Origin: an uncultured Clostridia bacterium | GTDB taxonomy: Bacteria > Bacillota > Clostridia > Oscillospirales > Acutalibacteraceae | NCBI GenBank assembly: GCA_944384925.1 | Contig: CALWVF010000039.1 | Span: 32,087-96,086, forward strand | Reading direction: 5' to 3' | DNA length: 64,000 nt | Shown here: positions 54,176 through 64,000 of the stretch, one piece after another | Layout: each line of letters begins with the position of its first letter | Position numbering within the stretch: position 1 is the first letter of the stretch | Made by a program: the position numbers and the translations under genes | Notes under the pieces: model-generated | Told to the model about the DNA's origin: nothing | Seen by the model: the letters and a program-made list of their open reading frames with translations, nothing else | The model's database searches: none

Positions 54176-56437
54176 TTAACAAACTTCTATTTGTATTCCA
54201 TTATCGTATTTTATAACCATTTCTTTAATCGAAGATAAATTGTTTTTTATTAATTTTAATGCTATTTGATTCTCTATTTCTCTTCTTATTACATGTCTGA
54301 TATCTCTTGCACCACTTTTTTGGCCGAAAGATTTTTCAGCTATATAATCAATTATTTTTTCCTCAAATGAAAGTTTTATTCCCTCTTCGCTTAATGACTC
54401 TACATATTCGTTTAACATAATTCTAGCTATTTTTTTAAAATCATTTAAAGTCAACTTTTTGAATACTATAATTTCATCTATTCTGCTTAAAAATTCTGGC
54501 CTTAAAAATTCCGATAATGATTTCATTGCTTTTTCTTTGTTTATTTCATGCTCATCTTTTTCAAAACCCAACGATGCAGCTTTTTTATCACTGCCTGCAT
54601 TCGACGTCATTATTATTACAGTATTTTCAAAGTTCACTACTCTCCCATGAGAGTCTGTTATTTTTCCATCGTCTAATACTTGCAAAAGTATATTCATAAC
54701 ATCTGGATGTGCTTTTTCTATTTCATCAAATAAAATAATAGAGTATGGCTTCCTTCTAACCTTTTCTGTAAGCTGTCCTGATTCATCGTAACCTACATAC
54801 CCAGGAGGAGAACCTATTATTTTTGCAACAGAATGTTTCTCCATAAATTCAGACATGTCTAACCTTATTATTGTTTCTGGAGTGTCAAATAATTCATTAG
54901 CTAGAACATTTGCCAATTCTGTTTTTCCAACCCCTGTCGGTCCAACAAATATGAATGAAACTGGCCGTTTACGTGAATTTATCATAACCCGGCTGCAACG
55001 TATTGCATCTGATAAAGCTTTAACAGCATCATCTTGGCCAACTATCTTGAGCTTAAGTCTATCTTCCATATTAACAAGTTTTTTTAATTGATCTGTACAT
55101 ATTTTAGATGATGGAATTCCTGTCCATAATTCTATAACATGAGATATATCGTCCTCACAAACTTGTGCATTAATAGCCAAAGGTTCTATTTCCTTTACCT
55201 TCTTATCTAACCTTGCTAGTTCACATCTAAGTTCTGCTAATTTTTCATAGTCGATTTCTTCATCTTTAGATGAGATATTTTCCTGCTCGGATTTTATTTT
55301 TTGTATACTTTCCATTGTTTCATCATATTCTTGCAAATTTTTATTTCTTAAAGAAGCGTGTGTGCAAGATTCATCTAACAAATCTATTGCTTTGTCTGGT
55401 AAAAATCTATCATTTATATATCTTTCTGATAAAACAACTATTTTTTTGATTATACTCTCCGGTATAGACACTCTATGAAATATCTCATAATAGTCTTTAA
55501 TACCATTAAGAAGCTCGATTGTTTCTTTAATTGTTGGTTCTCCAATTGTTACTGGCTGAAACCTTCTCTCTAAAGCAGAATCCTTTTCAATATATTTTCT
55601 ATATTCACTAAAGGTAGTTGCACCTATTACTTGAATTTCTCCCCTTGATAATGCAGGTTTTAAAATATTTGCAGCGTTCATAGATCCTTCTGAATCTCCT
55701 GTCCCAACGAGATTATGTACCTCATCTATAAACAATATCACATTCCCAGATTCTTTTATCTCTTCTATTAAACTTTTTATCCTGCTTTCAAACTGTCCTC
55801 TAAATTGTGTACCTGCTACTAAAGAGGTTAAATCAAGTAAATACAATTGTTTTCCCTTCAACCTTATAGGAACATTTCCTTCTGCTATTCTTATTGCCAA
55901 AGCCTCTGCTATTGCTGTTTTACCAACTCCTGGTTCACCTATCAAGCAAGGGTTATTTTTGGTCCTCCTGCTTAATATTTGTATTGTCCTATTTATCTCT
56001 CTATCTCTTCCAATAATTCTATCTAATTTTCCATTTACTGCTTTCTCTGTTAAATTCACACAGTAATTGTCTAAAGTCTTTTTCTTTGATTTTTTTTCTG
56101 ATTTTTTGCCTTTACTTTTAAATTTTTTGTCTATCCCTTCATCATTTTGAGAATCACCTTGAAATAAATTTTGCAAAAATGGAAAAGTTGCAGCACCCCC
56201 AGGTGTAAATTCCTCTGTATCTTGTTGAAACATGTCCATATCCATCAATTCATCAAACTGTTCATGCATTTCTTCAAGATCTTCATCTGATATTCCCATT
56301 TTATCTATCAAACTCGCAATTGGTTTTATTCCAGCTTCTTTAGCACATATTATACAAAGTCCTTCAGGCTTGCTGTCTGAGATTCCATTAGCTAGGAATA
56401 CCACTGCAGGGCGTTTTTTACATTTTGAACAAATCAT
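54176..56437 (-). CDS. clpE: Clp/Hsp100 AAA+ ATPase, ClpE-like (N-terminal zinc finger, two AAA+ modules)
   Basis: MICSKCKK...GLCIICAKE (CxxC...CxxC). GEPGVGKTAIAE and GPTGVGKTELA Walker A motifs. LGF ClpP-docking tripeptide. Confidence 0.7.
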   Translation of the reverse strand: MICSKCKKRPAVVFLANGISDSKPEGLCIICAKEAGIKPIASLIDKMGISDEDLEEMHEQFDELMDMDMFQQDTEEFTPGGAATFPFLQNLFQGDSQNDEGIDKKFKSKGKKSEKKSKKKTLDNYCVNLTEKAVNGKLDRIIGRDREINRTIQILSRRTKNNPCLIGEPGVGKTAIAEALAIRIAEGNVPIRLKGKQLYLLDLTSLVAGTQFRGQFESRIKSLIEEIKESGNVILFIDEVHNLVGTGDSEGSMNAANILKPALSRGEIQVIGATTFSEYRKYIEKDSALERRFQPVTIGEPTIKETIELLNGIKDYYEIFHRVSIPESIIKKIVVLSERYINDRFLPDKAIDLLDESCTHASLRNKNLQEYDETMESIQKIKSEQENISSKDEEIDYEKLAELRCELARLDKKVKEIEPLAINAQVCEDDISHVIELWTGIPSSKICTDQLKKLVNMEDRLKLKIVGQDDAVKALSDAIRCSRVMINSRKRPVSFIFVGPTGVGKTELANVLANELFDTPETIIRLDMSEFMEKHSVAKIIGSPPGYVGYDESGQLTEKVRRKPYSIILFDEIEKAHPDVMNILLQVLDDGKITDSHGRVVNFENTVIIMTSNAGSDKKAASLGFEKDEHEINKEKAMKSLSEFLRPEFLSRIDEIIVFKKLTLNDFKKIARIMLNEYVESLSEEGIKLSFEEKIIDYIAEKSFGQKSGARDIRHVIRREIENQIALKLIKNNLSSIKEMVIKYDNGIQIEVC

Positions 56438-56472
56438 AGCTTTCTCCTTAACAAATTAAATAATTTATAAAT

Positions 56473-57066
56473 CTAAACTTGAGGTGTTTTTTCTATTTCT
56501 TCATCATTCTTTAATATGTCTATAAAAACAAAAAAATACTTAATTAATGCAAATAACATTAATATCATTGTTATAAGCATTAATGTGAGAGTCAATATAA
56601 CATTTTCTATATTCCAAATTGCTTTTAGTGCAACAATTATAATAATAGAAAAATAAAATACAATTGTTGCTAATTTACCATACCATTTAGATGGTGATGG
56701 TGTTTTATGCTTATTTAGCAGAATTACACCTGCAATTAACATAATTAGTTCCTTTATAAATAATATAATCGCTAAAGGCATTATAATCTTAAATTTACTT
56801 CCTATGCAAAATACAATAGCAATCAAGGTCAATTTATCTGCTACAGGATCAATCATTGAACCCAATTTTGTGATTTTGTTATACTTTCTTGCAATATAAC
56901 CATCGAACATATCTGTAATTCCAGATATTGAAAGCAGAATTGCAGAAATAATATACTTATCATTAATAAAGTAATAAACCTCAGGAAATATAAGCAATAT
57001 TCTTATTACAGAAAGCAAATTAGGTATATTTAAATTTTCTTTTAATTTTTCATCAAAATTAACCAT
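56473..57066 (-). CDS. pgsA: CDP-diacylglycerol--glycerol-3-phosphate 3-phosphatidyltransferase (CDP-alcohol phosphatidyltransferase family)
   Basis: NIPNLLSVIRILLIP. DGYIARKYNKITKLGSMIDPVADKL matches D-G-x2-A-R-x8-G-x3-D-x3-D. Confidence 0.75.
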   Translation of the reverse strand: MVNFDEKLKENLNIPNLLSVIRILLIFPEVYYFINDKYIISAILLSISGITDMFDGYIARKYNKITKLGSMIDPVADKLTLIAIVFCIGSKFKIIMPLAIILFIKELIMLIAGVILLNKHKTPSPSKWYGKLATIVFYFSIIIIVALKAIWNIENVILTLTLMLITMILMLFALIKYFFVFIDILKNDEEIEKTPQV

Positions 57067-57083
57067 GTTTTACCTCTCTATCT

Positions 57084-57815
57084 TTAAAGATGAAATGACC
57101 CTGCTAGTTCATATAAAATATTATTGTCATATAAAACCTTAAATAATATTGTAGATTCTATTGTATCGATAGATAAGATTGGTGGAATTTCAGTCATCAT
57201 TGGAATAATTAATTTTATTATAAAAATCACAAATATAAGTAATACTATGCATTTGAATGCTCCAAATACTGCTCCTAAAAATTTATCAATTTGCTTTAAC
57301 CCCGGTAATTTTAATACTGTTCTCATATTTTTGGTTATAATTTTAACAATTGCCATAACAAGCATAAATACTAAAGACATAACTATGACTCTTATAACAT
57401 TAACAATTGCAGGTTTAAGCATATTCGAAAGCTCTAATCCTATGTTACCCTGAGTACTATTTATTACTTGCACAACATAATCTTTTGTTATACCCATGTA
57501 TATAAGCATATTATATAAAATTGCAGGAAAACTTGAAAACATAAATTCTACTTTACGGGTTAAACCGCCAATGCCATATTGATTTATTATGGTGTTAATG
57601 CTTTCTGTAATTTTAACACTTATTATAGACGAATAAACAAAATTTGCAATTATATTAGCAATATATGCAGATAGTATTGTTGCCAATATTGCACCTAAAA
57701 GCCCCACAATAGACTTTATTATTCCACTTTTATATCCAGTTATTATAGATATAACCATTAAAATTACAATAGATAAATCCAAAAGTATACTCATATTTAA
57801 CCCCATTATATGCAA
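57084..57815 (-). CDS. cvpA: CvpA-family membrane protein
   Basis: Multi-TM protein with N-terminal LDLSIVILMVISIITGYKSGIIKSIVGLLG, typical of CvpA. The start may be the internal ATG at ~57794. Confidence 0.55.
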   Translation of the reverse strand: MHIMGLNMSILLDLSIVILMVISIITGYKSGIIKSIVGLLGAILATILSAYIANIIANFVYSSIISVKITESINTIINQYGIGGLTRKVEFMFSSFPAILYNMLIYMGITKDYVVQVINSTQGNIGLELSNMLKPAIVNVIRVIVMSLVFMLVMAIVKIITKNMRTVLKLPGLKQIDKFLGAVFGAFKCIVLLIFVIFIIKLIIPMMTEIPPILSIDTIESTILFKVLYDNNILYELAGSFHL

Positions 57816-57900
57816 AATACATACTGTATTAAAGTATAATATAACATATTTTCTCTAACAATACAACAATTTTTAACAAAATAATATTAACAATAATTAA

Positions 57901-59133
57901 TCACATAAATTTTATTTTTATTAGCCTAACTTCATTTATTCCTAATACATATGCAGATTTTGAAGACAGTAACTGTATTTTTTTTGAATCATTGCCAACA
58001 AAAGCTTTACCCTTTAGCTTACCATTATATGTATATTCATATATGTATCCATCTGATAAAAGTGCTATAACATCATTATTATACGAAATAGAATCAACCT
58101 TTAAATCTGTATTTATATTTGATTTTATATTTCCATATTTATCAAAAATAATTACTTCACAGTTTCTATTGTCTAAAGTAGATGAAAGCGATATTGCAAC
58201 CCCTAAATTAGGATTAACCTCGCAGCAAGTTAATGTCTTATTATTATAAAAATAATCAACTTTTTTATTTTTTCTATATTTTGAAAAACTTATAAGCTTA
58301 TCTCCGATAGCCGCAATAGATTTATCTGAAAAATATTCTACATGAAAAATAAAATCCTCAGGATATTCTAAAATAAACCTTGGCGACTGTTTGCTAAAAT
58401 TAAAAATATATACAGCTGAATTTAAAATCCCATCAACTGACGATATCCCTGATACCACTGCAGATTTTCCATCTTTGCTTATCGCAACATCCGTAACATA
58501 ATAATCAGCAAAATAATACTTATACTTTTCTAGGCCATTCGACGAAAAAGCCACCATTTCTGATAAATATCTATCTGAATCTGTTACAAATACATATTCA
58601 CCCAATGGTGATATAGCTCCAGATACTATATTATTTGATAGATTAATTTTATACAATGTGTCAGTTTTATTTTCTATCTGTGCATCATTTCCTCCGACAC
58701 TATATAAAATTGCTCTATTTCCAGCCGTTTTTAATATTGGTTCACTAATGCTATGTTGTTTGTTCACTAGCTTTTTTCCTTTTTTGTTCATTACAACAAA
58801 CGACGTATCGCTTACCATAGAAATGTAGTCATCTACAACATTAAAATTTCCATTGCTTACTCTATGTCCTGTTATATCAACAGGATATCCTAGCCTCATT
58901 GATTTAATACCTTTTTGGCTAAAGTCTATATTAAAAATAGATAATCTATTTTTGTTAACTATAAAAAAAACAATCATAAAACATAAAAGCAATATTAAAC
59001 TCACTTTTAACATCTTAGAATATATTAAATGTTTAGATTTATTTAAAAATGCCTTATTAAAATGTGTGTTATATTCAGAACTCACACTATCATCTGTTAA
59101 TCTCCTATATTTTTTATGGTAACCCTTTATCAT
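57901..59133 (-). CDS. Hypothetical membrane-anchored protein (beta-rich extracellular domain)
   Basis: 410 aa with a single N-terminal TM (VSLILLLCFMIVFFIV). 4-nt overlap with truA. Confidence 0.45.
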   Translation of the reverse strand: MIKGYHKKYRRLTDDSVSSEYNTHFNKAFLNKSKHLIYSKMLKVSLILLLCFMIVFFIVNKNRLSIFNIDFSQKGIKSMRLGYPVDITGHRVSNGNFNVVDDYISMVSDTSFVVMNKKGKKLVNKQHSISEPILKTAGNRAILYSVGGNDAQIENKTDTLYKINLSNNIVSGAISPLGEYVFVTDSDRYLSEMVAFSSNGLEKYKYYFADYYVTDVAISKDGKSAVVSGISSVDGILNSAVYIFNFSKQSPRFILEYPEDFIFHVEYFSDKSIAAIGDKLISFSKYRKNKKVDYFYNNKTLTCCEVNPNLGVAISLSSTLDNRNCEVIIFDKYGNIKSNINTDLKVDSISYNNDVIALLSDGYIYEYTYNGKLKGKAFVGNDSKKIQLLSSKSAYVLGINEVRLIKIKFM

Positions 59134-59912
59134 TTATAATTCTCCCTATAAAAAACCTTATTAAGGTATAAACCATATGGTACTGCTGTTGGACCAGCTA
59201 ACTTTCTGTTTTTAGCTAGAATTATACTTTCTAATTCTCTACAATTAATTTTTCCTTGCGCCACATGTAATAGTGTCCCAACCATAATTCTGACCATATT
59301 ATATAAAAAACCGTCTGCCTCTACTATTATAGAAATCAAATCACCATCTTTTTCTACCTTGAATTTTTTAATAGTTCTTTCCATGTCTTCTGCTCTTCTA
59401 TTGTCTAAAGTACAAAAAGAAGTAAAATCATGCTTACCAATAAAAGGTTTACATGCTTCATTCAACAACTCAATATCTATAGGATACCAATAATGATACG
59501 CATATCTATTTAAAAATGGATTTCTTATCTTATTATTCCATATTTTATAAACATACTCTTTACCAATACAAGAATATCTTGCATGAAAATCTCTTGGAAC
59601 TATTATGCACTTATTAACTACTATATCCTTAGGTAAAAACCTATTTACAGCCATTTGTAGTCTTTCACATGGTATTTCGTTTTCTATTTTAAAGCTTATG
59701 CAGTACATATTAGCATGTACACCAGAATCTGTTCGACTACAACCTTTTATATCTACACTTTTTCCGATTACTTTTTCTAAAGATATTTGAAATACCTCTT
59801 GTATACTTAACGCATTCTTTTGTATTTGCCAGCCATGATAATTGCTCCCATCATATGAAATACTCATTAATATATTCTTTATTTTACTGTCGCTGGAAAT
59901 TTCATATTGCAA
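59130..59912 (-). CDS. truA: tRNA pseudouridine(38-40) synthase
   Basis: ISYDGSNYHGWQIQ, GCSRTDSGVHA (catalytic Asp), FLYNMVRIMVGTL. Confidence 0.9.
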   Translation of the reverse strand: MQYEISSDSKIKNILMSISYDGSNYHGWQIQKNALSIQEVFQISLEKVIGKSVDIKGCSRTDSGVHANMYCISFKIENEIPCERLQMAVNRFLPKDIVVNKCIIVPRDFHARYSCIGKEYVYKIWNNKIRNPFLNRYAYHYWYPIDIELLNEACKPFIGKHDFTSFCTLDNRRAEDMERTIKKFKVEKDGDLISIIVEADGFLYNMVRIMVGTLLHVAQGKINCRELESIILAKNRKLAGPTAVPYGLYLNKVFYRENYK

Positions 59913-60694
59913 TATACCACCCCAAAAATAAATATTAGTGTTAAAAAAATTGAAAACAAATCTATCATTTTAAATTTTAAAATTCTCATTCTTGTTCTAT
60001 TTTCAGCTCCTCTATAGCAACGGCTTTCCATTGCTGTAGCTAAGTCATATGCCCTTTTAAACGATGATTCAAGCAATGGCACTACTATAGACATTAAAGC
60101 CCTTATTTTAACAAACAAATTTTTATTTTCAAAATCTGCCCCCCTGGATTTTTGTGCATTTATAATTTTTTCTACCTCTTCTATAAGCGTTGGTATAAAC
60201 CGTATTGCTATTGTCATCATCATTGCAATTTCAGAAATATTTATATTAATAAATGCAAAAGGTTTCAATAATTTTTCAACAGCATCTGTTAAATCTGTTG
60301 GTAATGTTGTAAATGTAAAAATTGATGCTAATATAACCAAACTTGTAACTCTTGAGCAAACAAATATGCTATTATTTATTCCAGCATCTGTTATTTTTAA
60401 AAATCCAAATTCAAATATCACTTTACCTCTATCATCAAATAAATTTAATAACCCAGTAAATATTGTAAAAAAAAGAATTATTTTAAAATTTTTCATATAC
60501 AATTTCATCGGTATATTCGAAAGATACATCATTAGAAATACATAAATAAGGGCAATGAATAAAGAAAAATAATTCATAGTATAAAAAATAAATATAATTG
60601 TAATCAACAAATTTAATATTTTTACTCTTGCATCGGTTCTATGTAAAACAGAGTTGGCTGGAAAATACTGTCCTACCGCTAAATCTCTAATCAT
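59879..60694 (-). CDS. ecfT: Energy-coupling factor transporter transmembrane subunit
   Basis: Multi-TM. AQKSRGADF coupling-helix motif. Downstream of two EcfA ATPases. Confidence 0.85.
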   Translation of the reverse strand: MIRDLAVGQYFPANSVLHRTDARVKILNLLITIIFIFYTMNYFSLFIALIYVFLMMYLSNIPMKLYMKNFKIILFFTIFTGLLNLFDDRGKVIFEFGFLKITDAGINNSIFVCSRVTSLVILASIFTFTTLPTDLTDAVEKLLKPFAFININISEIAMMMTIAIRFIPTLIEEVEKIINAQKSRGADFENKNLFVKIRALMSIVVPLLESSFKRAYDLATAMESRCYRGAENRTRMRILKFKMIDLFSIFLTLIFIFGVVYCNMKFPATVK

Positions 60695-61556
60695 TTAACC
60701 CACCATCACACCTAAATAAATTTAGTATTTCTTCTGCACCATCTTTTACACTAAAAACATCCCTTTTCACTCTGTATCCTTCGTTACTTAACTTGAACAT
60801 TATTTTTGTAATCTTAGGAACATCTAAACCAATTCTCATCAGTACATCACCATTTGAAAATATATCTTTAGTTCTATCAAACATCTCTACTCTTCCATTA
60901 TTCATAACCAATACTCTATCTGATATTTCTACAATATCCTCCATATTATGAGAAACTATAACGATAGTGTTTTTTTCCCTACTATGGTAAGTTTTAAGAT
61001 TCTCAATAAAATTTTTTCTTGATAATGGATCAAGCCCCGCAGTAGGTTCATCTAGTACTATTACATTTGGTTTCATTGCCATAACCCCAGCAATTGCAAC
61101 TTTTCTTTTTTCCCCACCAGAAAGCTCGAAAGGAGATTTATCTAATATACTAAAAGGTAACCCTACCATCCTTATACTTTCTATAACTCTATTTTGTATT
61201 TCATTTGGGCCAAGGTTCATATTACATGGACCAAACGCTATGTCTTTATAAACTGTATCTTCAAATATTTGATATTCAGGATATTGAAATACTAGACCCA
61301 CTTTAAATCTTATATCACGAATTTTTTTTGGATTCTTCCATATATCAAGTCCATTGATATAAATACCTCCAGATGTCGGTTTTAGTAAACCATTAAAATG
61401 TTGAACAAGTGTAGATTTTCCTGAACCGGTGTGTCCAATAATTCCTATTATCTCGTTGTCATATATGTCAATATTGATGTTGCTAAGAGCAGTTTTTGGG
61501 CAATTAGTATCTTTAGAATAAATATAAGACAAGTTTCTAATTTCTATCAAAGACAT
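60687..61556 (-). CDS. ecfA2: ECF transporter ATPase EcfA2
   Basis: GHTGSGKST, LSGGEKRKVAIAG, VLDEPTAGLD. Confidence 0.85.
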   Translation of the reverse strand: MSLIEIRNLSYIYSKDTNCPKTALSNINIDIYDNEIIGIIGHTGSGKSTLVQHFNGLLKPTSGGIYINGLDIWKNPKKIRDIRFKVGLVFQYPEYQIFEDTVYKDIAFGPCNMNLGPNEIQNRVIESIRMVGLPFSILDKSPFELSGGEKRKVAIAGVMAMKPNVIVLDEPTAGLDPLSRKNFIENLKTYHSREKNTIVIVSHNMEDIVEISDRVLVMNNGRVEMFDRTKDIFSNGDVLMRIGLDVPKITKIMFKLSNEGYRVKRDVFSVKDGAEEILNLFRCDGGLND

Positions 61557-62392
61557 TCCCTTCCCCCAACAATAGATTTTAAACTTAATATAAATTCATC
61601 CTCATCATATATACCCCTAGGCAAATCGCATCTATTATTCCTTAATATTTCTGTAAGTTCAGTTACTTCCGGAAGGGTAAATTTATGTTCTTTTAATAAT
61701 TCTACATTTGAAAATACTTCTTTAGGCGTTCCTTGAATTAGTATTCTTCCCTTGTCCATCATTACCACTTTATCTGCTAACACAGCCTCATCCATATAAT
61801 GAGTAACCAAAATAATAGCAATTTTTTGCTCTTTATTTAATTTTATTATTGTATCTAATACATCTTTTCTGCTTTTTGGATCAAGCATAGATGTCGGTTC
61901 ATCTAAAATTATACACTCCGGTTGCATTGCTACTATTCCAGAAATTGCAACCTTCTGCTTTTCTCCTCCAGACAACTTATATATTGAACTATCTTTATAT
62001 TTATACATCCCAACAGACTTTAATGAGTCGTCTACTCTTTTTCTTATTTCTTCAGGACTAAGTTGTAAATTTTCTGGGCCAAATGCAACATCTTCTTCAA
62101 CAGTTGCAGCTACTATTTGATTATCTGGATTTTGTTGTACAAGACCTACCTTACATCTTATATTATATTTTTCTTTATTATCAATTGTATTCAATCCATC
62201 TACTGTAACACTTCCATGTGTTGGCATCAGCATAGCATTACATAATTTAGACAAAGTTGATTTTCCAGAGCCATTGCTGCCTAACAATGAAACAAATTCG
62301 CCCCGATTAATGATAAGATTAATATCTGAAAGTATGTAATTTCCATCATTATACTTAAAGTTTACATTATTTATATCAATTAATTTTTCCAT
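61547..62392 (-). CDS. ecfA1: ECF transporter ATPase EcfA1
   Basis: Start ATG 62392 (MEKLIDINN) after GGGGGAGG. GSNGSGKST, LSGGEKQKVAISG, ILDEPTSMLD. Confidence 0.85.
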   Translation of the reverse strand: MEKLIDINNVNFKYNDGNYILSDINLIINRGEFVSLLGSNGSGKSTLSKLCNAMLMPTHGSVTVDGLNTIDNKEKYNIRCKVGLVQQNPDNQIVAATVEEDVAFGPENLQLSPEEIRKRVDDSLKSVGMYKYKDSSIYKLSGGEKQKVAISGIVAMQPECIILDEPTSMLDPKSRKDVLDTIIKLNKEQKIAIILVTHYMDEAVLADKVVMMDKGRILIQGTPKEVFSNVELLKEHKFTLPEVTELTEILRNNRCDLPRGIYDEDEFILSLKSIVGGRECL

Positions 62393-62459
62393 TAAACCTC
62401 CCCCGTCACCCAAGCATGAAATAAAATTTCTTAAATGCAATCAAATATAATCAATAAAA

Positions 62460-63320
62460 TTAACATTCCCATATTGCTGTAGAACCGCTAGGTAATTCTA
62501 ATTTACTCTGCGTTACTTTAAGGCCAATTTCATCGGATGACACTCTTCCACCTCTATTTTTCATAATAACTTCTCCAAGTAAATATGCCATAACTGAAGG
62601 TGAAAGTCCAGTTGTATAAGAGTTTAAAATAAAAAATAAAGCATCATTCGAAAGCAAGGTTTCACAAACCTCTACTAAAGAGAATAATTGTTCTTCAAGC
62701 TTCCATACTTCTCCATTTGGGCCTCTTCCATATGAAGGTGGATCCATAATAATTCCATCATATTTATTTCCTCTTCGTTGTTCGCGTTTAACAAATTTTA
62801 TACAATCATCTACTATCCATCTTATTGGTCTGTCTCTCATATCAGACATCACTGCATTTTCTTTTGCCCAAGCAACCATTCCTTTAGATGCATCCACATG
62901 GCAAACTTCTGCTCCTTCACTAGCCGCTGCTAAGGTTGCTCCACCAGTATATGCAAATAAATTCAGAATTTTTAACTGACGATTTGAACTTTTAATTTTT
63001 CTTTTTATAAACTCCCAATTTGTGGCTTGCTCTGGAAATATTCCAGTATGTTTAAACCCCATCATTTTCAGATTAAACTTTATATCTTCATAACTAATAG
63101 TCCATACTTCAGGCGTACTTTTTTTATTTTCCCAATATCCACCACCCTTATTGGAGCGATGATAAATTGCATCTGCCTGTTTCCAAAGCTTATTATCCCT
63201 CGGTGTGTCCCATATAACCTGTGGATCTGGGCGTATTAAAATAACTTCCCCGAATCGTTCTAATCTTTCGCCTCTAGATGCATCTATAAGTTCATAATCC
63301 TTTAAATTCGATATCCTCAA
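62460..63320 (-). CDS. Class I SAM-dependent methyltransferase (RlmI/RlmK catalytic-domain-like)
   Basis: LNLFAYTGGATLAAA (motif I), IIMDPPSYG (motif IV). Confidence 0.65.
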   Translation of the reverse strand: MRISNLKDYELIDASRGERLERFGEVILIRPDPQVIWDTPRDNKLWKQADAIYHRSNKGGGYWENKKSTPEVWTISYEDIKFNLKMMGFKHTGIFPEQATNWEFIKRKIKSSNRQLKILNLFAYTGGATLAAASEGAEVCHVDASKGMVAWAKENAVMSDMRDRPIRWIVDDCIKFVKREQRRGNKYDGIIMDPPSYGRGPNGEVWKLEEQLFSLVEVCETLLSNDALFFILNSYTTGLSPSVMAYLLGEVIMKNRGGRVSSDEIGLKVTQSKLELPSGSTAIWEC

Positions 63321-63335
63321 TATCTTTTCTCCAAT

Positions 63336-64000
63336 CTAACAAAGTCTTTGTTTTATTAAGCTGGCAACTTCATCTGCCAATGAAGTAATTTTATTATAGT
63401 CTTCTCCCTCTAACATTACTCTAATAAGCGGTTCTGTACCAGAAACTCTTACTAATATTCTTCCAGCATTCCCCAATTGATCTTTTACATATGATATTTT
63501 CTTTTTAATTTCTTCATCCGTATAAAACAATATCTTAGAATCTGAATTTATTTTAACATTAACCATTACTTGAGGGTACCGCTTCATCACTTTAGCCAAA
63601 TTAGAAAGCTTTTCTTTTTTCGATTTAATTATTGATAATAATTGTGCTGCTGTAAGTTGACCATCTCCTGTTGTAGTATAATCTAAAAATATAACATGAC
63701 CAGATTGCTCTCCTCCAAAGTTGTAATCTTCCCTAAGCATATCTTCTAAAACATATCTGTCTCCAACCTTGGTAGATACAAACTTTAAATCATTCTCATT
63801 GCAAAAATTGTTAAAACCCATATTTGTCATAATTGTACCAACAACAGTATCCTTTTTTAATTTTCCTCTTGCTTTAAGATCTTTAGCGCAAATAGCCATA
63901 ATAAAATCGCCGTCAATAATATTACCATTTTCATCAACAGCCAAACATCTATCTGCATCACCATCAAATGCAATTCCAACATCTAGTTTATGGCTTTTTA
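63336..64000 (-). CDS. glmM: Phosphoglucosamine mutase, C-terminal part (gene continues beyond window end)
   Basis: The frame stays open upstream of the track start: ...KSHKLDVGIAFDGDADRCLAVDENGNIIDGD. GEQSGH sugar-binding loop. C-terminal RVSGTEPLIRVM. Confidence 0.9.
   Translation of the reverse strand, partial: KSHKLDVGIAFDGDADRCLAVDENGNIIDGDFIMAICAKDLKARGKLKKDTVVGTIMTNMGFNNFCNENDLKFVSTKVGDRYVLEDMLREDYNFGGEQSGHVIFLDYTTTGDGQLTAAQLLSIIKSKKEKLSNLAKVMKRYPQVMVNVKINSDSKILFYTDEEIKKKISYVKDQLGNAGRILVRVSGTEPLIRVMLEGEDYNKITSLADEVASLIKQRLC

Noticed and set aside
54025-54216. 63-aa plus-strand ORF
   Set aside because: It is the antisense reading of tRNA-Gly (MERVMGIEPTRP = the T-arm) and overlaps the clpE-like 3' end. 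Spurious.

Overview
Low-GC, Clostridia-like Firmicute chromosome. All calls rest on motif-level reading of the ORF track and the sequence, with no database search. Hand-derived coordinates may be off by 1-3 nt.

Layout:
- About 1-53.4 kb is the right-hand part of a large temperate prophage; its left end is outside the window. The gene content resembles SPbeta: a YonO-like single-subunit RNA polymerase, a DnaE-type polymerase, a DnaB-like helicase and a Toprim primase.
- The prophage is integrated beside a minus-strand tRNA cluster (Gly-Arg-His-Gln-Lys, 53553-54099).
- 54.2-64 kb is ordinary host backbone: clpE-like, pgsA, cvpA, truA, ecfT/ecfA2/ecfA1, a SAM methyltransferase, and partial glmM.

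Prophage modules:
- Minus-strand late operon (20.2 kb down to 1): RNAP, Zn-ribbon protein, HU-like protein, putative small terminase, large terminase, portal, an inserted fibre-like cassette (Kelch-like propeller, XkdX), scaffold/capsid, tail and fibre genes.
- Accessory island (20.3-38.5 kb): described below.
- Plus-strand replication module (38.5-51.5 kb).
- Xis-like protein plus tyrosine integrase (51.6-53.3 kb).

Most interesting: a five-gene, translationally coupled operon at 21514-30787. It encodes a DndC-like PP-loop/Fe-S enzyme, an unknown protein, a cysteine desulfurase, an AddB-like iron-staple nuclease and a UvrD/AddA-like helicase. I do not recognise this combination as a described system. 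It may be a DNA sulfur-modification and/or defence module. The same island carries an AbiEi/AbiEii pair, a second tyrosine recombinase, an orphan HicA and a J-domain protein.

Other observations:
- The large terminase and the primase have conserved N-terminal coding sequence upstream of any canonical start codon. In both, it begins at an ATA codon about 7 nt after a strong Shine-Dalgarno sequence.
- A roughly 26-nt promoter-like motif is shared by three operon heads.
- A candidate C-rich small RNA lies in the 36.3-36.8 kb gap.
- Integrase arm-type repeats lie at the prophage end.
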